Source: Vicugna vicugna (lineage: Eukaryota). From it: 64,000 bases of DNA. The notes below the pieces were generated by a model that saw only the letters and a list, made by a program, of their open reading frames with translations, ran no database searches and was not told where the DNA came from. The stretch's first letter is position 1. Every line of letters starts with the position of its first letter. The position numbers and the translations under genes were made by a program. Below are positions 49,575 through 59,480 of this stretch, piece after piece. The stretch covers positions 2,167,319-2,231,318 of the forward strand of contig MU061579.1 in NCBI GenBank assembly GCA_013265495.1, written 5' to 3'.

Positions 49575-50910
49575 GGGAGCCATTCCTGCCAGCTCTTCTT
49601 TTCCCATCCCTTCTCCAAATAATCACCAAGTCTTACAGAATCCACTTCCCCAAAGAATCCTGAATCTGTCCCTTTGTCTACATTTTTCCTGCATCCACCA
49701 CAGTACCAGCCTCCATTACCACCCATCTGCACGATCTTCCAGTATGTACCTGCACTTCCCACTTCAACTCATAACCCAAAAATGAACCTGGATGATCTGA
49801 AAATACAGATTTGGTTCTATCTCTCTGTTGTATAAAGTCTTCAGAAGGGTTCCAATGCCCATAGGATAAAGCTGGAAATCTGTATTATGGCCATTTATAA
49901 AACCGTGCATAGTCTGATCTTCAGCTACTTCCCTGGCATTGCCTAAGCCCCCCTTCTTCACAAAATCACTTTGCAGCATGCACAGCGGCTGTTCAGGTTT
50001 TGAGCAATACCAGCTTTCTTCTCTCCTTAGATCCATCATACCCATTATTCTCTGTTCCTGCAAATCTCTTCCACATTTATTTCATTTAGTTTGAAATCTC
50101 TTCCTTCTCTGAAATCTCCGCTTAAGTTTCAGGTAATCCTTTTCCTAGCACCCCAGTTTAGGTAAGTTTTCTGAAGTACATATACATAACATTTTCTTGA
50201 GCTTTTCATTCTACAATTGCAATTAAAATCTAATCTGATTGATTCTTTATTGAAGGTCTGTATTAGTCTCCTATTGCTGCTGTAAAAAAAAATCACTACA
50301 AACATAGTGGCTCAATGCAACACAGACTTATATTTTACAGCTCTGTAGGTCAAAAGTCCTAAGTGTGTCTCACATGGCTGAAATCAAGGTGTTAAGTAGG
50401 TTTGCATTTCTTTCTGGAGGCTCTAGGAAGAATCCATTTTTTGCCTTGCCTGCTTCTAGAGGCTGCCTGCATTTCTTGTTGTGCTCCTCTTTCATCTTCA
50501 GAGCCAAACGTGGCAAATCAGTTCTTTCTCCTAATATCTCTCTGGTTCTGATACTTCTGCCACCGTCTTCCCTACTGAATGACCCATCTGATTACAATGG
50601 ACTCCTCCAGATAATCTAGGATCACCTGCCTGAATTAAAGTCAGCTGATTAGAAACCATACTTCCATCTGCAACCTTGGTTCTTTCTTGACATGTAACAT
50701 AACATAATCATGGGTATCAGGGATTAGGCTGTGGACATCTTTGGGGGACCATTCTTGCCTACCACCAAGTCTAAATCAATAGTAAATGTTAAGCTACTTA
50801 AGGGCAAGAACCATACTTGTTCTTACCGAAAGCTTGATCTCCATCACTGAGCAGATTGCCTAGTACACTGTAGCACTTCATAAATATTTGTTAGATGAAA
50901 GAATGAATTA
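49575..50910 (+). mobile_element. L2 3' region split by an MLT1 LTR
   Basis: aatcaccaagtc...ccaatgcccataggataaag...gtgcatagtctga... then after the LTR taagctacttaagggcaagaacca...ataaatatttgttagatgaaagaatgaat. Confidence 0.8.
50259..50766 (-). mobile_element. MaLR solo LTR, MLT1D-like, nested in L2
   Basis: tgtattagtctcctattgctgctgtaa...tctggaggctctagg...gcttctagaggctgcctgcatt...gggattaggctgtggacatctttggggg...tgcctaccac; TSD-like aggtc (50254-50258) and aagtc (50767-50771). Confidence 0.92.
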
Positions 50911-51459
50911 CTAAAGCACAATTATTTTCAGTTATCAGGGGTAATAGAGACAGGTAGCAAGTCTCAGGGTGGGGAATAGGCTGCATGCTGATTATGCTAC
51001 ACAAAGCTCTTATGGAGGGATACAGATAAATTGTTGGAACCCTTTATCCAAGTCATCTCATCTTCTCTGGGAATTAAAAAGCAATCCCTGTCTTTTATTT
51101 TGGAATGCTTGTTGGTTCTCTCCAACCTCCACCAGAATGAATCGCATAATTATGTATTCTGTACAGAAATATCAACATAAATGTGCTTTCCTGAAGCATG
51201 CAGCTGCTATCACCGACGCTGACTGTAACTCAGACATATGCTGGGTGGCAGCAGATAAGTTTGGAATTAGTTGTGATAGGTAATCCAGAAAATAACTAGA
51301 CCGCATGCTCGTAATCAAGAATTCACTGTAATTACTTTAATCTGTAATCGGCTGAACACAGTGCACAAAAGACTGGCAGAGGAATTCTGCAACCAGAGAG
51401 GAAGTTGCTTAATTATTCCAAGACCATCTCTTTGTTTCCTTATTGATTTTGAATTGTAT

Positions 51460-51620
51460 GACCTTTTCATCCATTCACTTATATATTTATTCATTCAGTG
51501 GAATGTGTTAATTACAGCAGGAGCATATTAATTACCCTTGAAGCAAACGTCAATAGAACACGTCCCCTCGCCTCTCAGGACATCCAAGCTCACAGTGAAA
51601 GACAGACATGGAAGTAAACC
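51460..51620 (-). mobile_element. L2 3' end remnant
   Basis: catccattcac...tttattcattca...gtcccctcgcctctcagga...agctcacagt...gacagacat. Confidence 0.55.
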
Positions 51621-53029
51621 TGGAAGTGCGGTGTTAATTCTCTTCCTTACTTGAAAAGGAGGAAGTTGCAGGCTCAACGTTAATAAACAATTACTATGAG
51701 AAATTCCCTTTAACTTTCATATTAGAAAGACAAATTATTGGAAAACACACACCCACATTAGGTACACGTCATGTTGATATCAAGGGAACCAGCTTGGTTT
51801 ACTCAGGAAAAGAGTGAGGCTTAATTTTTTTTTTATTCCTGAATCTGTAGGCTATAGATTCTAGGTTAAACTTAAATGGATGACAGACTATTTAGTGCAC
51901 AATAAAGTCAGTCCATAAAAATTAGATGCTTTTGTACTCTCTTCAAACAGCCGTCTTACACAGTGAATGAACAAGTTTGTATTTACAAAGTTCAGCTGAG
52001 GAAACTCCTGTTGCAGTTCCACATTCCTGGTTGCCAGGATACTGTGGCTTGGTCCAGGGTGTAAACATCTCAGAGTGAACAAGCGTAAAAGGTTCTCACA
52101 GGCTGGATTGAGGGTAGGGTCTTAGAAGATGCTATTTACTATGGATAATGGAAACTTTTTTTAAAAAGGTAACGTTCAAATAAAGAATAAGGGGGATGAG
52201 CTTTGAAAGCAACATGGATGAAAACATCTTCAGGAACTGCATGTGACTGTAAGTTTAATCAGTCAGCACTGAGTGTTTATCTCACAATGAAATGAGCCCG
52301 TGTGATTTTAGAGTGCTTGATTAAGATTATAGCATTTGAGAAGCAGTTGCTGAGGGATGGCCCCATACTGGTCAGACTCAACCAGTTGCATTGTTGTTGG
52401 AGGAAGGCATCGAGAGGATGAGACTCCTGGTTGAGTTGCAAGCAGGACCCAGACAACCAGAGACTCCTCTTCCTCCTCCACCCTTGAAATGTACCTTCTA
52501 CCCACTGTTCCCACAGCAGGAGCCATCTTCAAGGACGCAGCCTTGAGAGAGCGATGGATTGTTGAGACCATCTGGACAGTGTTTGTGACTGAACCCAGTG
52601 AAGGTCTCTATATGAACTTTTAAGATTCTGGCAAGTGGGTGCCGAGATCGACTCACCTTGCAGCCACCTAAGACAAGCCTCGTCTGTGAGCTCCCTTGCT
52701 TATCAAACCTGTCACCTTCTAATCTGGAGTGATTTCCCTCTTTCTTTGGTCTCCCCTTGCCCTCTGTGTACAGGGGCAGTTTCAGATTTTACCTGGAAAG
52801 CTCCTGAAATTTCAAACCAGCACTTGTGCTTATTTTTAGACATCTCAGGTAACAAGTGACAAAATACCTAAAAAAATGACTTATTTTTAAGAGGTAGGAA
52901 GTCAGGATGGCGAAAGGTTCATACAAAGAAAGGATGAAGATATTAATAACGTTTGACTTGAAGAATATAAGACTTAGAATGTTCACAAGGCTGCATTTTA
53001 AAAATTTCAGGTTTTGAAGATTTGTCATG

Positions 53030-53240
53030 TTCAAGAGGAGTTAAGTTGTAGTATTCAGGACAGTAATGAAAAGCTACAGGAAAAGTAGCCTCTGATCAGT
53101 ATTAGCGTATTCAGATGGGGCACATCCAGAAACAAAATGGAAATCCTGGCAGGTAGTGAGTGTCCGTCTCTTCAGGATCTTAAAGAAGCTGGACCATTGT
53201 TTGGTAGATGGTTCTAGGAATTTCGCAAAGGGGATTTGAG
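53030..53240 (+). mobile_element. L3/CR1 LINE 3' remnant
   Basis: aagctacagg...aaatggaa...ggtagtgagtgtccgtctct...aagctggaccattgtttggtagatg resembles the L3 3' end (ggaggtagtgagctccccgtcactggagg...aggctggatgacca). Confidence 0.55.
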
Positions 53241-55214
53241 CACCTGAGCAATGGTTGCTTTATCCATATTAAACATCAACTTGTAATCTTGTAGTGTTCT
53301 TGTAGCTGTGATATTTAGGCCAGGAGGTAATAATTAAAAGTAAATGATAATTTATATTCTTAATGATTCACAACAGCATCATATTTTGAGGAAAATCACC
53401 TTAGAAAAACCTCATTAAAAAAACCTGATGAAAGTGTACACACCTCTCTCTTTCCAACATAGCCATTATTTTCTCTGGTGACAAGACATTGACTCTTAAG
53501 TTAGGTCCCAGCCAAAGCAGTTGGCATACTTGTAGAATATGTTGTAGGAAGACTATGTGTTATTTGACCCTTGAATCACACTTGGCAGGAGAGACCCTCA
53601 CATGCTGGGAGGAAGTTTGGAACTCAGATGACTGGGGAAGAGCAGATCAATCTCTATCATCTCACATTTGGGGGCATAGATTCACGGAGTGGAAAATTGG
53701 ACAACATTTTGTACACAGCCTGGTCTCCCTCTGTTTCTTTCCCTGAAGCTGTATATATTAAATTCCCATTTGTTAAGTGAACATGATCTCACCGCCCTCT
53801 TGCTTTTTAAAGCTCTGTTATTAGCTGATAATCTTGAGCTATTTCTGCTCAGTATCCTATGACTCCTTCCTGTTCTTTCCTTTACTCTCATTGCTTTACT
53901 TGGTAAGATGAATGAAGCCGGTATTTCCATGGTGAAGTACTATATTAGGAAGTTTAATTTTATTCGTGTGTTAGTTATGACAATGGTTTGAAAAGTTTAC
54001 TTTCACTTACTACCAACAGGTTTACTTTATTACCCAAGAATCTATAGGATTTCATTAAATTCCCTAAGCTTCTCCAAGAAACTATTAGCATTATTGTTAT
54101 CATTATCGTTGTGAATTTAAGGTAATAGGTGCTTAGTCGGTTTGTGTAGCTAAAACTGAAACAGAAAAAACTGAGATCTGGTTGACCCCAAAGTCCACAT
54201 AACTTTCTCTTGCACCCTCTGTCTCCCTTATCTGATGCAGACATTTTTAATAGAGGCATTTTTAGGCTGGTGGCTATAACGTTAGACCAAATTTACTCCA
54301 GTTTCTGACTTTTCTGTTCAGTTTTTCAGGTTGCATTTCTGTGAGATGAAGTGAATGAATATTGTGCTTAGACAGCTTTGCTGAGTAATCATTTGCTTTC
54401 CAGCCATGGCCATAAAAGGGAAACGGCTTCCACGAATAGTATGTTGGGCAAAAAAAGAAAAAAAAAACAGTATTGTTCTTTTTGATGGGTTTTTGCTCCT
54501 TCTCTCAGGACCTTACATGGTAAATTGGAATAAGATAATAGTTTACAGAGAAATAGGGCTTGAAAAGAACAGACGAAGGCCCCCATCAGCTAATAAAGAA
54601 GTCCGCATGTGACTCTCACGTGACCGGGCAGCAACCTGCGTTAGTGTTTGTTGTTGTTGTTGCTTTTCCAGAACACAGAGCTAGACAGAAGGGGGGACGA
54701 GAAAATACAACCCCACCCTTAAGTGTGAGTTAAAACTAAGATCCATGGGGTAGGAACTGCAAATGTCTTTCCAGCACCCTCCCTTGCTGCTCATCTAGAG
54801 ATTCTGTTTCCCTAGGGTGATGAGATCAAGTTAGTATGTCAGCCCAGGCTTCCTGTCCGGGTGCATAGATCAGAGCTCGCTGTGGCTTTCCAGAAACACA
54901 AACCATAGCTTGAGAATTCTTGCTGGTTTGACCTTGCCGTTCTCATTTGATTCAGTCATTCCATGTAGAATTAACCTCTGTGTGTTAAGGTAGAGAAAAG
55001 TGGGGCTGGAGTTAAGGGGCTAGTTTAATATTTCCCAAAAGCTGCCTTCCAGGAAATTGATTTTTCAAGGATATACTCCAAGCAGGGAGGAAATATGTGT
55101 GGTTAGTGATAGGCTTTGTGATCATCTAGGGCATTTGTCATACACTCCAGGGCACCTTATAGTCAAATAATTATTGAACAAAAAGCAATGAAAATCCCCT
55201 CTTTTGAGATGGTC

Positions 55215-55385
55215 CGTGACCTCTGCAATAACTTTTACATTCATATATTCATGTTTTCCTCCTGTGTCTCAGCACCCAAGTTGGAAGCTTCTTGGGGGAA
55301 GGAAAGGCAAGCTTTTATACATCCGTGTATCCATCTGAGAGCCCAGCACAATGCTTTTCACTTGGCAAGAATCCACAGAAGACTT
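55215..55385 (+). mobile_element. L2 3' end remnant
   Basis: ctgtgtctc...ggaagcttcttggggg...catccgtgtatcc...gcccagcacaatgc. Confidence 0.6.
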
Positions 55386-55929
55386 AGTCAGGGACATCTT
55401 AGATTTAAAAAAAAAAAAAAAAAAGCATTGCCACTTTCCTCATAAGAAGTAAAGACAGACTGCACGGGATGATGTGGAGTCTGCCTGCTTTTCCCTGTCA
55501 CGTGTTTGGATCACCTGAGGGGAAAATGGCATTCATTTTTCATTCTGATTGTTGGGCGATTCAAAAGAGCTGTTTGGATTTTATCAGAGATGAAATGCTC
55601 ATTTCGAGAAACTAACATATAGTTCCGGATTAGGATGCACTTAAAAACTGCATGATATTTTTAATATATGTTGAAATTTAGGTCTGTCAGTCATGTTGGC
55701 ATATGAGGATGTCACAAAACCTCTCCCTAAAAGAGGCTCAAATTTGAAGCCACATTAGTTATTATTAATCGTTATTATCCATCATTACACATCTTGTAAA
55801 ATCCATCATTTTCACTACTTTTCAGTAGTGCTGTCAGAAATGTATTCTGACAGAAATAAAAATTCATGCACTACTAACTAGGACTTCAGTTAATGATACC
55901 AACTGTCATGAATATTCACTTTTTAAAGA

Positions 55930-56060
55930 TACCATTTCTGGCGAAATTCCTGTATGCCAGGCATGGTGCTAAGTGTTTTACATACATCACCTCGTTTAAT
56001 CCCTATTATAATGCTATTTTAGAGATGAAGAAATGGTGATTTAGGTTCATTTGCATGTTA
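55930..56060 (-). mobile_element. MIR SINE fragment
   Basis: tatgccaggcatggtgctaagtgttttacatacatcacctcgtttaatcc...attttagagatgaagaaa. Confidence 0.85.
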
Positions 56061-56803
56061 GGATCATACAAAATGGTGCCGCTTGCAAAACTCCAATTTT
56101 AAACATTGCACTGTTGACTGAAGTTCCTTGCTGAATTGTCTCTGCCTTTTCCTGAACACTTGGGAACAAGCATTGTGTATTTTCTGATCTGGCTACTTGA
56201 CAAGGAAACTTCAATGCCTTCCATTTTATGATGCTTCTTTAAAGACTAATTTTTGTGTAACAGCAATTCCAAGTGCTTATTTTTTTCCCCTATTCTTTTG
56301 CTCCTTGTGTGCATTTAAACCATATAACTAAATGATAAACCCCTGATGGAAAAAAGGAAAATCTGTGTTTATATAAGTGTGACTGATGAAAGCCAGGATC
56401 TAGAGTCGGAAATTCTTGATCCCTAGCATAGACCTGTTGTTTTAGAATCCAGGAAAACAAAAGCAATTTGTTCTTTTACTCGAGAGCACATCCAATGCAA
56501 AGCTGTCAAACCCAAAAGTGTTACAATGCATCTGCAGCACCATATGTTGACAGATGTTTCTGTCTGTAACTCTGGCTTTCTGATGTACAGTGTGACTTCC
56601 ACTCAAAGACTTCTTTACTTTACTTTTTGAGGCTTTATCCACAAAAATAGTTCACCCGTATGGAAAAGAATTAGCAAAATGGAAAAGAGTGAATTAAAAA
56701 TATACAAAATCCAAAGGAAGCCAAGGATGTTACCAACCTTTTTTTTTTTTTCCCTCAGCTAGTGATAGAGAACAAAGTGATAATTTTGGATTCCTTCTGT
56801 CAG

Positions 56804-56890
56804 ATTGCACAGAAATATTACAAGGGAGAGCGCCAGTTCCAAGATGGTAGCCTTGCCACTGATGGCGGAGCAGCATGCCGCCCGAGGAAG
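56804..56890 (+). other. Candidate 87-nt internal exon (unverified)
   Basis: Acceptor ttccttctgtcag, donor AAG/gtaaac, length divisible by 3, two open frames, four CpGs in unique sequence. Confidence 0.25.
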
Positions 56891-57742
56891 GTAAACCTGC
56901 AGTCTCATTAGGCCTTACTGTAAAAAAGAAGTTTGCATTCAGAGGCAAGGGAAACACTGACGAAAATCAATTAATAAATTGAAGTTTTGCCTATGCAAAT
57001 TCAGAAAATAATCAAATTGACTTAATTTAAAAAAAAGAAGAAAGGAAAAACATAAAAAGTCTCATTTGGAAAATTTTACATCTAATAGCTCATCCTCCTT
57101 TACTTGGGGTGGGTAACTGTTCTTCCTAGTCGTAGATAACCTCTATGGAGTTGCAGGTTTCAAGACTCTTCTTTGACAGACACTGTTCTCTAACTGTGCT
57201 ATCCCATCTAGGAAGTGCAAAAATAGCACCAATTGATTTCCCTGTTGCACCCACGGAAAGATCTCATTTTGGCATCACCCGGAAGCCATTGTTTGCAGGA
57301 GGGAGTGTTGTGTGTGACTCATGGGTCCTCACCTTTTGTCTCACACTTTGCTTTGAGCACAATCCTGGCCATGCATCACGTTGATCTTTGGGCTGCTTTT
57401 TTAAAAATTTTAACCTAAAATGTCCCTGACTAAGTCTTACCACTAGATTTTTTACGTCTTGGTACATGTAAACATCTTCTATGACCAAAATTCTGAGTTT
57501 ACACCTTTTTGGCTCACCATGTAGCAGCAGTTTGGATGTCCTCTTGCCCCATATTTTATTTGGCTCCTCTGTAGTCTTTGTGCTGATGGCAAATGTTGCT
57601 TGACCTTTGGTTGATACACCTGTGAACTGTACATTGATGAGGCCCTTCTCCATTTGGTTTTAAAAATATTTACAGGGAAATCATAATGTAACACCCATGA
57701 GGATTTCAAGTTCTGGAGAGTAACTAGATTTTGTGTTTAATA

Positions 57743-58159
57743 TTTAATATAGTTGATGTCATGTTAACTGATGTAACATAAAAACATTTCCAGGGCTTAA
57801 CCTAATGGAATACTCCTTCTCGCTAACATGAAGATCAGTTGGCAGCAGGTAGAGTTTTAGTCCATGCAGACTCCCAGGGCCTGGGTGCCTTTCATCTTGT
57901 GGCTCCACCACCCCTAGGGCTTTTAAGCCATTTACTAGACCCTCTGCATCCAGCCCAAAAAATGCAGACAGCTTCCTTAGTCACTTGGGACATTATGCTT
58001 CTACTGGTATTCAGTTGATGAGTGGGAGTCTCCTGGCCCTGACTAAGACCAGTGGGGTTGGGAAATGTTGTCCCTGGCTGAATGGATACCTCCCAATTAT
58101 AACTCTACTGAAAAAAAAAAAACCAAATTGTTGGTGGTCAGATGGTTACTTGTGATACA
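57743..58159 (-). mobile_element. MaLR solo LTR, MLT1K-like
   Basis: ctgatgtaaca...ggcttaac...tttcatcttgtggctccaccacccctagggc...cctctgcatccagcc...tgggaaatgttgtccctggctg...ttggtggtcag. Confidence 0.8.
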
Positions 58160-58212
58160 CTATTCAAAATAAGTACTTTAGTGCTGTCCTATGTCTCTGC
58201 TTACCCTAAAGA

Positions 58213-58658
58213 TCATAGTAATGTCTAGGACTGCCGTAATGAAGTTCCACAGAGTGATTGCTCAAAGCCACAGAAACATTTCCTCACAGTTCTGGAGGCT
58301 GAAAGTCTGGAATCCGGTGTCAGCAGGGCCCTGATCCCTCTGCGACTCTGGGTAGAATCTTGCCTTGGTTCTTTTCAGTTTCTGGTGGGGGCCCCGATCC
58401 TTGTCATCCTTTGGTTATGTTTGTCCAGTCAATCCATCCATCATCACATGACATCCTCTTTCTGTGTCTCAGTCTCGCCTGGCGTTTCCCTCTTCTTATG
58501 AGGACAGCAGTCAAATTGGATCAGGGTGCACACTAACAACCTCATCTTACCCTGATTCCTCTGCACAGACTCTGTCTTCCAAACAATGTCACATTCTTGG
58601 GCATCAGGGATTAGAACTTCAACCTATCTTCTTGGGGGAAGCAATTCAACCTATAACA
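58213..58658 (-). mobile_element. MaLR solo LTR, MLT1C/MLT1B-like
   Basis: ctaggactgccgtaa...ctcacagttctggaggctg...ggtgtcagcagggcc...cttcttatgaggacagcagtca...acctcatctt...caattcaacctataaca. Confidence 0.9.
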
Positions 58659-58799
58659 GAATTTTGAGCTCCTTTGGTTTTTAAAAAAATATCTTGAGCA
58701 GTTTTTGCCTATTTATAAATTAAATACAAAGGATGGCAACTATGATCATAGCATGGTTCTTTGAACCCGGCCACGATCTCAGCTAGAGGCATCCTAGAC

Positions 58800-59017
58800 C
58801 AGGGGTCAGCAAAGACTTTTTGTAAAGGCCCAGATATTCCCTTCTGCTTTGTGGGCCATTTAGTCTAAGACACGGTGACTCTGTCACTATAGCAGAAAAG
58901 CAGTCATGGTCAGTAGTGAATGAATGAGCAGGGGCCTGTAAGTTCCAACACAACTTTATTTACAAAAACTGGTGGCGGGCTGGATTTTGCCGGTGGGCAG
59001 TAGTTTTCAGACCGCTG
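58800..59017 (+). mobile_element. MER58A (hAT-Charlie), full length
   Basis: caggggtcagcaaa...gtaaaggcccagata...gctttgtgggcca...aactttatttacaaaaactggtggcgggctggattt...gaccgctg; TSD-like tcctagac/tgctaggc. Confidence 0.92.
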
Positions 59018-59069
59018 TGCTAGGCTGTAGTCCGTCATCATCTGGATGTGAATGTTATGAAATGAAGCC

Positions 59070-59480
59070 CATCTCTGGATTCAGACACACATACATTCAA
59101 ATTCCAGCCATCACTGAGTAGCAGTGACCTTGAACAGCTTCACCTCGCTTAAGTGCTAGTCCCTCATCAACAGAATTTACATTTCACGTAAATCATCCAC
59201 ACGGTGGATGGCAGATGTAGCTGTCTCTGCAGGTCTTTTTGCAGAGACAGCATAACAGACCGGGTATAAGCAAGAACTCTGAAGCCAGGCTGCCCCTTCG
59301 GAGTGTTTGATCTTGGATAAACTCCTTCGTATCACCAGGCTTCATTTCTCTCATCATTAAAATAGATGTAATGATAATGTCCACATTTTAGCCTGCTCAT
59401 GAAGATTCAGTGAGTTAATACATGTAAAATAATTAGACCAGTGCCTGGCACTTAATAAGCCCTCAGTAAACGTTTTCTAC
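59070..59480 (+). mobile_element. Two MIR SINE fragments (about 59070-59175 and 59265-59480)
   Basis: ctctggattcagacac...ttcaaattccagcc...gtgaccttgaaca; tgagttaatacatgtaaa...cagtgcctggcacttaataagccctcagtaaacgtt. Confidence 0.8.

Noticed and set aside
52330..52625. GC-richer segment with a 44-aa reading (MYLLPTVPTAGAIFKDAALRERW...)
   Set aside because: No recognisable homology and no good splice donor; it may be an old LTR remnant that I cannot assign.
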